This document shows, piece after piece, positions 1-10,729 of a stretch of DNA of 64,000 bases (the first letter of the stretch is position 1; every line of letters starts with the position of its first letter). The position numbers and the translations under genes were made by a program. The stretch is from Octopus bimaculoides (Eukaryota): assembly GCF_001194135.2 (NCBI RefSeq), contig NC_068987.1:10419496-10483495 (forward strand), written 5' to 3'. Below the pieces are notes generated by a model. It was given only the letters and a program-made list of their open reading frames with translations, ran no database searches and was not told the origin of the DNA.

Positions 1-462
1 ATTAATATCGATTTATTACCAGGAAGCAAGCACAATTAAAAGAATCAGAGAGATTCAGAAAAAATATCTGAGATCTCAAGGGATTATTGTATATGTATAT
101 ATAAAGAAAACCACTAGGTGGACTGTTAATGTGCTAGAAGAAGATCACATGTAATGTGTCTACTAAGACCTAATTGTTCTCAAATGAAATTCAGCAAAAT
201 ACCAAAATGTATTCGGGCAAGACAAGTGAAAATTACATATTCTATCGGTCTCTTTTGCTGAAACACTAAGTATATATACATATAAGGTTATGAAGGGTAT
301 TGGATTCAACCAAACCCAAAGATACATGTAATACCAAGTAAGTGCTGTATACCGGCTAGTTTTGCCCCTGTCATTGTATAAAACAAGAGTGGGGATTATA
401 ACATAGGCATGTGTATGTATAAAGAGAGAAAAGGATAAAGAGACCAATGGTAAGGTTAGAAA

Positions 463-501
<39 letters not shown>

Positions 502-1071
502 TTACAAATTAAAAGGGTAAAGGATTATTAATTAATAAATCAATTAACAATTAACANNNNNNNNNNNNNNNNNNNNNNNNNNNNNNNNNNNNNNNNNNNN
601 NNNNNNNNNNNNNNNNNNNNNNNNNNNNNNNNNNNNNNNNNNNNNNNNNNNNNNNNNNNNNNNNNNNNNNNNNNNNNNNNNNNNNNNNNNNNNNNNNNNN
701 NNNNNNNNNNNNNNNNNNNNNNNNNNNNNNNNNNNNNNNNNNNNNNNNNNNNNNNNNNNNNNNNNNNNNNNNNNNNNNNNNNNNNNNNNNNNNNNNNNNN
801 NNNNNNNNNNNNNNNNNNNNNNNNNNNNNNNNNNNNNNNNNNNNNNNNNNNNNNNNNNNNNNNNNNNNNNNNNNNNNNNNNNNNNNNNNNNNNNNNNNNN
901 NNNNNNNNNNNNNNNNNNNNNNNNNNNNNNNNNNNNNNNNNNNNNNNNNNNNNNNNNNNNNNNNNNNNNNNNNNNNNNNNNNNNNNNNNNNNNNNNNNNN
1001 NNNNNNNNNNNNNNNNNNNNNNNNNNNNNNNNNNNNNNNNNNNNNNNNNNNNNNNNNNNNNNNNNNNNNNA

Positions 1072-1107
<36 letters not shown>

Positions 1108-2995
1108 TGTATGTATAATATATCCTGTAGGTGGTAAGCAAGTTCTTTACCACACACCCACACCTGCGCCTACAAAATATTTCAACAGCTTATTTTTTTA
1201 TTTTTTCCATTTCCAAATAATATTTAATTACACAAATGTAGCAGAGTTTCAATTAAACAATGAGTAAAATAGGAGTCAGAAAGGTCCATAGGGGAAAATT
1301 GATTGAGAAACACATATACAAGATGTCTGTGTGTGTGTATCTGTGTATGTGTCTGTGTGTGTGTGTGTGTGTATGCGTGTATGTGTGTGTGTGTTGTAGG
1401 TATGTAAGAAAAGGTGACTAAGTCCTGTTAACCTTTCTCACCTGTCTTCCCCCTGCTCTCCCCACCCACCTCCCCAAATAGCCTATTGACCTAGTGACAG
1501 CCAAAGACATTAACAGTAAAGACTGATGCTGGTGTTGCTGGTGTTGCTGGCACAGAAGTGGTGATGGTAGCAATGGCGGTGGCGGCAGTGATGGCGGCGG
1601 TGGTGGTGGGTTCTTCTTCTTCTTCTTCTTCTTCTTCTCCTCCTCCTCCTCCTCCTCCTCCTTCCCCTTCTTCTTCCCCTTCTTTCTTCTTCTTCTTCTT
1701 CTTCTTCTTNNNNNNNNNNNNNNNNNNNNNNNNNNNNNNNNNNNNNNNNNNNNNNNNNNNNNNNNNNNNNNNNNNNNNNNNNNNNNNNNNNNNNNNNNNN
1801 NNNNNNNNNNNNNNNNNNNNNNNNNNNNNNNNNNNNNNNNNNNNNNNNNNNNNNNNNNNNNNNNNNNNNNNNNNNNNNNNNNNNNNNNNNNNNNNNNNNN
1901 NNNNNNNNNNNNNNNNNNNNNNNNNNNNNNNNNNNNNNNNNNNNNNNNNNNNNNNNNNNNNNNNNNNNNNNNNNNNNNNNNNNNNNNNNNNNNNNNNNNN
2001 NNNNNNNNNNNNNNNNNNNNNNNNNNNNNNNNNNNNNNNNNNNNNNNNNNNNNNNNNNNNNNNNNNNNNNNNNNNNNNNNNNNNNNNNNNNNNNNNNNNN
2101 NNNNNNNNNNNNNNNNNNNNNNNNNNNNNNNNNNNNNNNNNNNNNNNNNNNNNNNNNNNNNNNNNNNNNNNNNNNNNNNNNNNNNNNNNNNNNNNNNNNN
2201 NNNNNNNNNNNNNNNNNNNNNNNNNNNNNNNNNNNNNNNNNNNNNNNNNNNNNNNNNNNNNNNNNNNNNNNNNNNNNNNNNNNNNNNNNNNNNNNNNNNN
2301 NNNNNNNNNNNNNNNNNNNNNNNNNNNNNNNNNNNNNNNNNNNNNNNNNNNNNNNNNNNNNNNNNNNNNNNNNNNNNNNNNNNNNNNNNNNNNNNNNNNN
2401 NNNNNNNNNNNNNNNNNNNNNNNNNNNNNNNNNNNNNNNNNNNNNNNNNNNNNNNNNNNNNNNNNNNNNNNNNNNNNNNNNNNNNNNNNNNNNNNNNNNN
2501 NNNNNNNNNNNNNNNNNNNNNNNNNNNNNNNNNNNNNNNNNNNNNNNNNNNNNNNNNNNNNNNNNNNNNNNNNNNNNNNNNNNNNNNNNNNNNNNNNNNN
2601 NNNNNNNNNNNNNNNNNNNNNNNNNNNNNNNNNNNNNNTTCTTCTTCTTCTTCTTCTTCTTCTTCTTCTTCTTCTTCTTCTTCTTCTTCTTCTGCTGCTG
2701 CTGCTGCCGCTGCTGGCACCGATTGCTGCTGCTGTTTGTCGTTGCTGCTGCTACTGCTGTCATTGCCACTGCTGCCGTTTGCTTTTCATGCCTCTGCTGT
2801 CGTTGTAGCTGCTGTTTCTACTGATTCCTGACACGAAGGCAAGACAACAAATGTATAATGGTTCAATGCAATCAACAGAAATTTACCAGTAAACTACTGG
2901 GGGCTGAAGTGAGAAAAGACATAACAGTAGTTCAAACCAAATACATCTTCTAACTTCACCCTCAGGTGAGATCAGAGACAATTTCAAGGTTATAC

Positions 2996-3145
2996 AGTTC
3001 TATATTGAAGAGATGAGGAATTATTTACATTATTTACATCTGACGGATATTTGTCTTCATCTTGTTTGCCACGGGCATATGGTGTAGTGGTTAAGAGCGC
3101 GGGCTACTAACCCCAAAATTCCGAGTTCGATTCCAGGCAGTGACC

Positions 3146-3179
<34 letters not shown>

Positions 3180-3263
3180 AATGATAATATCGAAAAATAC
3201 CTTAGGAATGAGAACCCAGGTTCGAAATTTCCCCCAAGACACCTGATGAAGGCTGGAGGGTAC
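2996..3263 (+). mobile_element. Family C tRNA-headed SINE-like element: inverted 3'-end copy + tRNA-like head + (AAT)n linker + hammerhead 5' half; runs into N gap
   Basis: A-box-like TGGTGTAGTGG at 3080-3090, B-box-like GAGTTCGATTCC at 3123-3134, anticodon-arm-like GGG-CTACTAA-CCC. (AAT)n at about 3147-3190, then a body matching the reverse complement of 16536-16665. Head nearly identical to 8117-8193. Confidence 0.8.
3238..3263 (+). ncRNA. Hammerhead ribozyme motif, 5' half (stem I strand GACAC, CTGATGA core, extra A, stem II strand GGCTG); remainder in gap
   Basis: gacac-CTGATGA-a-ggctg-gagggta read directly; partner strands inferred from the copy at 16536-16581. Confidence 0.6.
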
Positions 3264-3320
3264 NNNNNNNNNNNNNNNNNNNNNNNNNNNNNNNNNNNNN
3301 NNNNNNNNNNNNNNNNNNNN

Positions 3321-3717
3321 AATCACAGGTGGCACTCCGCTGGTTACAACGACAAGGGTTCCAGCTGAACGGATCAATGAAACAGCCTACTCGTGAAATT
3401 AACGTGCAAGTGGCTGAGCACTCCACAGACACGTGTACCCTTAACGTAGTTCTCGGGGATATTCAGCGTGACACAGTGTGACAAGGCTGGCCCCTTAGAA
3501 ATACAGGCACAACAGAAACAGGAAGAGAGAGGGAGAGAAAGTTGTGGGGAAAGAGTACAGCAGGGTTCGCCACCATCCCCTGCCGGAGCCTCGTGGAGCT
3601 TTAGGTGTTTTCACTCAATAAACACTCACAACGCCCGGTCTGGGAATTGAAACCGTGATCTTACGACTGTGAGTCCACTGCCCTAACCACTGGGCCATTG
3701 TGCCTCCACAATCACAG
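3321..3717 (-). mobile_element. Family D tRNA-headed SINE
   Basis: Minus-strand head TGTGGAGGCACAATGGCCCAGTGGTTAGGG...GGTTTCAATTCCC matches 31186-31335. The 3' module is shared with 59040-59220. aatcacag at both ends (3321-3328, 3710-3717) is a possible TSD. Confidence 0.75.
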
Positions 3718-3771
3718 ATAGTTATACACAGAAACTAGATTGAAAGATGGATATACAGATAAACAAAACAG

Positions 3772-4340
3772 GTTGGTGGCTATGTGGTAAACAGTTTGCT
3801 TCCCATTCGTATGGTTCTGAGTTCAATCCCACTGGGTGGCATCTCGAGAAAATATCTTCTTCTATAGTCTTGGACTGACCAATGCCACTTCTGATGGATT
3901 TGGTAGACGGAGACTGAAAGAAGCCCTTTGTACTCTTTTATTTCCATCAGTCATCTGACTGCGGCCATGCTGGAGCACCGCCTTTAGTTGAACAATTTGA
4001 CCCCAGGACTTATACTTTGTAAGCCTAGAACTTATTCTATCGGTCTCTTTTGCCAGACTGCTAAGTTATGGGGATGTAAACACACCAGCATCAGTTGTCC
4101 AGTGATGGGGGGGGGACAAGCATAGACACAATAAACATTTACATATATAAATATAGATGCATACTTATATGTATGTATGTATGTATGGATGGATGGATGG
4201 ATGTAACATGTGTACGTCTTTGTGTTTGTTTGTCTCCTACTACTGCTTGACAACCTGTGCTGGTTTGTTTATGTCCCTGTAACTTGGCAGTATGGTAAAA
4301 GAGGCTGTAAATATAAGTACTGGGCTTGAAAAATAAGTGC
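3772..4340. mobile_element. Family A SINE fragments: diverged + strand 5' module, a - strand 3' module (about 3940-4130), microsatellite, diverged + strand 3' module
   Basis: Similarity by eye to the full copy at 24180-24612 in both orientations. Confidence 0.7.
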
Positions 4341-4780
4341 CCCATCATAGCTGCAGCCCAATGATGAAACCAAGAAGAAGAAGAAGCTAAATAATCCTAA
4401 GTTAAAAGAGATAGTTAATTACTGCATCATTGCAAAAACGTTAGTTACCAATAAAACAGCAATAGATGAACTTAGAAATCTAATTGTGAAACAGACTAAT
4501 ACATGCTTAAACTGTTTGGCTTCAATCCTAATTGATGTCTATTTATGGCTATTTCCATCTTGTGCAAGCTTCCACCATTTCACAAAATATTCACTAACCT
4601 CATCAGTTATATCTTTGATTTCCAAGAAAACTATTTCCTTCTTTTAACATTTATCATTATGTTACAATGCTGTTATATTAACGAGTTCCTTCTGCTTAAG
4701 AATCTATAATTTCAATGACAATTTGTTTATGCTAAGGTGACAGAAGTTCTTTTAAGCCTCAATGTTTTTTTTATCTCTCA

Positions 4781-5214
4781 ACGACTGGCACCCATGCCAA
4801 CGTCGTCTCCTTCATTAGACACGAAACTCGGCTTGCGAAGACCTGTTGAGGTAAGCGAAAGTGAAATCGTGATGGCACCTGTGCCCAGCGTCGCCTTCTG
4901 GCACGTGTAAAGACATTCGAGCGAGATCGTTGCCAGTGCCACTGGACTGGTTCCTGTGCAGGTGGCACATAAAATACACCATTTTGAGCGTGGCTGTTGC
5001 CAGTACCGCCTGACTGGCCCTCGTGCCGGTGGCACGTAAAAGCACCCATTACACTCTCGGAGTGGTTGGTGTTAGGAAAGGCATCCAGCTGTAGAAACTC
5101 TGCCAAATCAGATTGGAGCCTGGTGTAGCCATCTGGTTTCACCAGTCCTCAGTCAAATCGTCCAACCCATGCTAGCATGGAAAGCGGACGTTAAACGATG
5201 ATGATGATGATGAT
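4781..5214 (+). mobile_element. Family B retroposon with internal GTGCC-N3-GGCAC subrepeats and (GAT)n tail
   Basis: Ends ...CCAACCCATGCTAGCATGGAAAGCGGACGTTAAAC(GAT)n; homologous to 8194-8795, 10730-11155 and 15635-16090. Confidence 0.8.
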
Positions 5215-5261
5215 ACAGGATTTCACTAAATTGTGTCTGGTCATGGGAAAAATATTATCTG

Positions 5262-5370
5262 ACTTGGAAACAGATGAGAGTCTGTGACAGGAAAGGTGTC
5301 CACTTCTAGAGAATCTGCCTCAACAAAATTCCGTCCGACCTATGTGAGCGCAGAAAAGTGGATGTTTAAA

Positions 5371-5411
<41 letters not shown>

Positions 5412-5425
5412 CACAATGATGATGT
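5262..5425 (+). mobile_element. Diverged retroposon 3' end sharing the family-B-type tail, followed by (GAT)n
   Basis: CAGGAAAGGTGTCC...CAGAAAAGTGGATGTTTAAAATGATGATG; related to 34560-34690. Confidence 0.5.
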
Positions 5426-5957
5426 CAGTGATTATGTAATAATCATGATGATGAGGATGATGATGATGAAGACGATAACGATGACGATGATGATGATGAT
5501 GGTGATGGTGATGGCGACAACAAGGACGACGACGGTAACAACGAAGTGGGGGAGGAGGGGAGGATTATGATGGGGAGGGGGGTGATGCGGGAGAGGAAGA
5601 GGAAGAGGAAGAGTGGGGAGGAGGACGGAGAGGAGGAGGGTGAGTTTCACATTTTTTTCTTCTTCGATGCTCTTCTGGTTCTTTATACGCGGTTGGAACC
5701 AGGCTGGAAGAAACTATATTAGAGATGATACGACAACAACAACAAGATGATCATAAAGCAAAAACAAAAGAAAAAAACGTACAGCTGTGAATTATTGATC
5801 AGTATTGTAATATACATTAAAAATCCACATAAGCAAATAGAGTGTATAGTTATGGAGTATGCGATGGCAATAAAAGAGACCCATTATACCGACTTATGGC
5901 TTGTGATCAACAACTATTGGACAGGAACATGCTAAATGGTAAAGTCTTGGAATAGAT

Positions 5958-6261
5958 ATGATGTGTGTGTGCTTGTGTGAGTGTGTGTGCATGCGTGTGT
6001 GCATGTGTGTATGTATGTATGTATGCATGTATATTATATATATCGGTGTGTGTGTATGTGTGTGTATCCATTCATATATGCACACACACACACATGTATG
6101 TATGTATGCATGTATGCTTGTATATATGAATATATTATGTATATATGCTTGTGCGTATATGCATATATCAATTCATATGTGCACACACACACACACACAG
6201 ACATGTATATGTGTGTGTGTGTATAAATGTATGTGTATGTATGCATGTATATTATATATAT

Positions 6262-6298
<37 letters not shown>

Positions 6299-6740
6299 CA
6301 TTCATATATGCACACACACACACACATGTATGTATGGATGCATGCATGTATGCTTGTATATATGAATATATTTTGTATATATGCTTGTATGTATATGTAT
6401 ATATACATTCATATGTGCACACACACACACAGACATGTATATGTGTGTGTGTGTGTAAATGTATGTGTATGTATGTATGTACATCTATATGTCTGTATGC
6501 ATCGTGCAAGTACATATTTACATGTATGTTTGTGTGTATATGTATTTATGTGTATGTGTGTCTGTCTCAATGCATATATGTATGTATGAATGAATGTTTG
6601 TATGTATTTTGTATGTATGAATCCATGTGTGTATGTATGTGTGTGTGCATATGTGTGTATAAATGTATGCATGTGTATGTATGTGTATGTATGTATGTAT
6701 GTCTATATGTATGTTAGCGTGTATGTATGTAAATGTGTAT
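5958..6740. repeat. Compound (TG)/(TA)/(TATG)/(CA) microsatellite with a roughly 240-bp higher-order duplication
   Basis: Landmarks CATTCATATATGCACACAC and CACAGACATGTATATG each recur about 240 bp apart. Confidence 0.85.
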
Positions 6741-6779
6741 TTTGTATGTATGTCCCTTTTGTGTTTTGTAAGTTAATGT

Positions 6780-7144
6780 GCAAAAAACAAAATAGGAATT
6801 TGAAAGAGGTTTCCATAGAACTACACTTCAAAAATAGTATGACTATGGAGGACCACCAGAATAAAATAGTTATCAGAGAGGTCCATAGCTAAAAAGAATG
6901 GTTGAGAACCTGAAGAAATTTTGCTTTAGATGTATGTCTTGGTACGTATTGCAACATTCAGGTTTCTTTCTTAAATATTTTACATAGTTCAACTTAGACA
7001 AGTTAATGTATGAAAAACAAAATAGGAATTTGAAAGAGGTTTCTATAAAATTAGATTTTAAACATCAAATGGCTATGGGGGTCCACCAGAATAAAAGAGC
7101 AATCAAAGGGGTCCATTAGTAAAAAAAATGGTTGAGAACCCCTG
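6780..7144. mobile_element. hAT (Charlie-like) MITE terminus, present as two diverged tandem copies
   Basis: AAATAGGAATTTGAAAGAGGTTTC...CCACCAGAATAAAA...GGTTGAGAACC occurs twice. The second ends GGTTGAGAACCCCTG, the reverse complement of the CAGGGGTTCTCAACC hAT-type TIR. Confidence 0.6.
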
Positions 7145-7399
7145 CACAAGACTGTTTATTTCTCAACATATCAGAGAAAAGCAGAAATATTTTTAGATGG
7201 CTCCCAACTTTTGAAGGACATTAATAGAATAAAAGCATTGTATTAAAATCTGTTATGGTTTTCATGTTGTAGGATCAGTGATCCAAGGAAAATAACATGA
7301 TGCAGAACATAAGAGGGATCTAAGGTAAATTTAAACTCATCTGGTTCCATAAACAGTTTAAGATTAATCAGTCATACACCTTCCCTATAGGGAAAACTC

Positions 7400-7720
7400 A
7401 CACAATATTGAATAACATTTAGAACTTAGGAGTTACTGTTGACAATACCTTCAGCTGGAGGGGTCCATTTATAGAATTCGTTTGTCATCACCTTCCTATT
7501 TACTACTTTTGTTGGGTCTCATCTGGAGTATGATACTCTGCAGGGATCTCCTCACATCAAAACAGGACATCATAAGAATCAAAACACCAAAGGACACAAT
7601 TATTGCAAAACAAAATTGGCATGACAGGAGTCAATTATTAGGATTCCCTTTAAGCTCCTGGACTTTATACTGCAACCAGAAATGGCAGGAACACTACATT
7701 AGTTTTACAAAAGGGGGAGA
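7400..7720 (+). pseudogene. Decayed CR1/L2-clade LINE ORF2 C-terminal fragment
   Basis: Manual translation with frameshifts gives NLGVTVDNTFSWRVH, LFTTFVGSHLEY...SPHIK(Q)DI and FKLLD...QKWQEHY. These match the DLGV..D..LSW, LY...VRPHLEY...WSPH and L..L.L.SL..RR motifs. Confidence 0.65.
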
Positions 7721-7924
7721 AAAAAATCAATATTATCCAAATAATGTGAATCTACAGTTCAAGATATTGACCTCTCCATTCATTATTTGGCAAAATTACA
7801 CTTAAAATACAGTTAGAAACACTTTACTTTATAACTTTTGCATGCTAAATGAACCCGCTTTTGCCAATATAAATTCCCCGGGTCAACAAGGAAGAAGGAA
7901 AATACCTCACAAACTGTATTTGAA

Positions 7925-8071
7925 TATATTTTTAGAGACAATATTTGGGAATATTTTTAGGTATATTTTGGGTATATTTAGTTAAACTTTAGATATATTT
8001 AGACATGTTTTAGGTATAATCAGGTACATTTAAGGTACATTTTTAGGTATATTTAGGTACATTTTAGGTAT
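7925..8071. repeat. Degenerate ~11-13 bp tandem repeat (TTTAGGTAYAT-like)
   Basis: About 10 imperfect units read directly. Confidence 0.7.
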
Positions 8072-8193
8072 AGTTCAATATTTAAGAGATGAGGAATTAT
8101 GTACATTATTTACACAGGCATATGGCATAGTGGTTAAGAGCGCGGGCTACTAACCCCAAGATTCTGAGTTCGATTCCAGGCAGTGACCTGAAT
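8072..8193 (+). mobile_element. Family C SINE 5' part (short inverted 3'-end copy + tRNA-like head), cut off by a family B insertion
   Basis: AGTTCAATATTTAAGAGATGAGGAATTATGTACATTATTTACA then GGCATATGGCATAGTGGTTAAGAGCGCGGGCTACTAACCCC...GAGTTCGATTCCAGGCAGTGACCTG. Confidence 0.8.
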
Positions 8194-8795
8194 CAGCATC
8201 ATCATCATCATCGTTTAACGTCTGCTTTCCATGCTAGCATGGGTTGGATGATTTGACCGAGGACTGGTGAACCAGATGGCTGCACCAGGCTCCAATCTGA
8301 TCTGGCAGAGTTTCTATAGCTGGATGCCCTTCCTAACGCTAACCACTCTGAGAGTGGAGTGGGTGCTTTTACGTGCCACCAGCATGAGGACCGGTCAGGC
8401 GGTACTGGCAATGGCCACGCTCAAAATGGTGTTTTTTTACGTGCCACCTGCACAGGAGCCAGTCTAGCGGCACTGGCAATGACCTTGCTCGAATGTTTTT
8501 CATGTGCCACCGGCACAAGTGCCAGTAAGGTGATGCTGGTAACGATCACACTCAAATGGTGCTATTTACGTGCCACTGGCACGGAAGCCAGACAGCTGCC
8601 CTGGCAATGATCATGCTCGGATGGTGCTATTAGTGCTCCACTGGCACAGGTGCCAGTCATCGAATACAGTTCCATTATGATTTCGATTTCACTTGCCCCA
8701 ACAGATCTTTGCAAGCAGAGTTTAGTGTCCAATGGAGGAGAGGTTGGCATGGGTGCCAGTCGTCGAATTTGGTTCGATTTCACTTGCCTCAACAG
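8194..8795 (-). mobile_element. Family B retroposon, long variant with extra internal subrepeats
   Basis: (ATC)n-GTTTAACGTCTGCTTTCCATGCTAGCATGGGTTGG tail on the + strand and several GTGCCAC(C/T)GGCAC units. Confidence 0.85.
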
Positions 8796-9962
8796 GTGTA
8801 TATGTAATATATACATATACGTATATTTATATCTACATTTGTATGTGTGTGTAGGAGAAATAAGGATAAACACATGTTTATATTATGGTTCATACACACA
8901 TAAATCACCATTTTTCTATATCAACAGAAATAATAGTTGTTTAAACATACAGTTGATAGTAGACAATTGCTGCAGATGATGAGTAAAGAAGTGGAAATCA
9001 AAATTTAACAATTCTACCATTGCTGTTGTATGCTTATCATCTTATAATGGTACACTTCTGTACTATACATCTATATGAGATTCTTTCTTGAGACAAATTC
9101 AACCGTTCTGTGGCTTTCTTACAGTATACACATGTTAAGTAAGCTATATAGAATGCTAAGATGTATAATTTTGTTTCCTGGTGACATGTGTTGTATCTAG
9201 TGTCAATGAATTATTACTTGCCATCAACAGAGGACAATTTTATGTGTTAAAGGCAACGAAGGACAATTTTCTAGGGCTTGAGCATTATTTTTATGTTGTT
9301 TAATCTATTGTTCTTTTTTATCATTTGCATGGCAACATCATTTTCTGTAATTACTTGAAGGTGTTTGGTATATAACATGATGATGGCCATTTCGTGAATG
9401 TTTAAATATCTAGTGTTAATATTGCTGTAAAATGTTCCTCTATAAATGCGCTTTATTGTTTATTTTCATAAGCCTATTTGATTCCATAAATGAGATAGAA
9501 GAATAACTGAGGTTGTAACTGCCTGGTAAGGCAATCATATGATAAAGATGACAAAGATGGGAAAGGCAGCAGTGGAGATGATGATAACAGCAGCAGTGAA
9601 GATGATGAAGACCACAAAGATGTCGATGAAAGCCTTAGTGATGAAACATTTATAGTTTGCTGAAAATGTTCTGTTTGCCAATCTAAAAGTGATGTCAAAG
9701 GGCAAATTCAGTTACAGCAGATAATAAAAGCATATTATCTTAGGTTTAGAAAACATTCACTAATAGAAGATTATAAAAGCATGTTATCTCAGTGCTACAA
9801 AATCATTCTTGCTGTTTTCAGTCCAAGTGCATTATGGGATAGTTTAGCTAAAGGCTTACAGCCTGCCATTTGCAATGAATACAGAAAGAGTCAATTTTAT
9901 TATTCAAATCACAAGTGTAAAATCTGAATTTATTTACAAATGGCTGGCTGCCATCTTTTAAA

Positions 9963-10300
9963 TTAATCATCATCATTCAATGAAACTTGCTTGGACATTC
10001 TTAACCTGTACATGCTATCTATCTTCGCCCTCCTGCATTAGTTGAATGAGGTCTTTGGGGAGGTTTTCAGTGTCTCTGATGAGTTGATCTGCATATTTTG
10101 TGCTTGGATGACCTGTTTAGGTACAGACATGGTTTTGCATCTGAAAATGGGGCTCAAAGATTCTGGATTGTCAAGGTCCAGAGTGAATCACAGAAGGTCC
10201 TTGACTAGCTTATGGAAAATTATTTCCAGGTCAGATTTCAAAAGAGGGACCGGTGTATTGTTGCGCAAAGGTGACTATTTCAAAGGAGATAATGTTAAAC
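9963..10300 (-). pseudogene. Decayed RTE/RTE-X-like LINE 3' end
   Basis: Minus-strand PSTKYADQLIRDTENLPKDLIQLM...R resembles the RTE C-terminal 'Y.DQL.RDTG...DL...M.DR' motif and is followed by a TGATGATGAT tail. Confidence 0.45.
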
Positions 10301-10379
10301 CTTAGGAAAATAAGTTATTTTTTGTTAAACATAACAAGCCCTGGAACTTTTTGGTACCACCTCATATACTGATTTCAAA

Positions 10380-10567
10380 TTTTCGCACAAGGCCAGCAAT
10401 TTTGGGAGTGGGGTTAGGTTATCAACCCCAATGCTTGTTTTATCCACTTCAAAAGGATAAAAGGTAAAGTTGACCTTGGCAGAATTTGAACCCAGTACAT
10501 AAAGATAAGAGAAATGCTGCTAACCATCTTGCCCAGCATGCTAATAGTTCTGCCAGCTTACTGCCTT
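10380..10567 (-). mobile_element. Family G SINE, diverged
   Basis: AAAAGGATAAAAGGTAAAGTTGACCTTGGCAGAATTTGAAC matches the family G core at 20813-21026. Confidence 0.65.
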
Positions 10568-10729
10568 ATAATTTGGTATCTATGTTTTGACAGACAGCAA
10601 GATGAAGTTAGGGTGTTTAGTATTGCAAAAATCACAAGATGATAGCAGTGAATTTGGACTCAAAGTACTTGAGTAATTTGTGCAATATATCATAACAAAT
10701 CAGCCATTTGGCTTTTACCATTTGAGTGT

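Noticed and set aside
3073-3146. tRNA gene calls for the tRNA-like heads (also 8117, 24180, 30936, 31186, 57751)
   Set aside because: They have A and B boxes but no complete cloverleaf or acceptor stem, and each continues into a repeat body, so they are SINE heads. The family C head loosely resembles tRNA-Ser(GCT), but I cannot confirm that.
8430-8660. CRISPR-like appearance of regularly spaced palindromic GTGCCAC.GGCAC units
   Set aside because: The spacers are homologous to each other, the array is internal to a dispersed eukaryotic retroposon, and there are no cas genes.
8700-8795. HDV-like ribozyme at the 5' end of family B
   Set aside because: A CCAA/TTGG hairpin with a C-rich loop is present, but I could not assemble P1, P1.1 and P2 of the nested double pseudoknot by eye.
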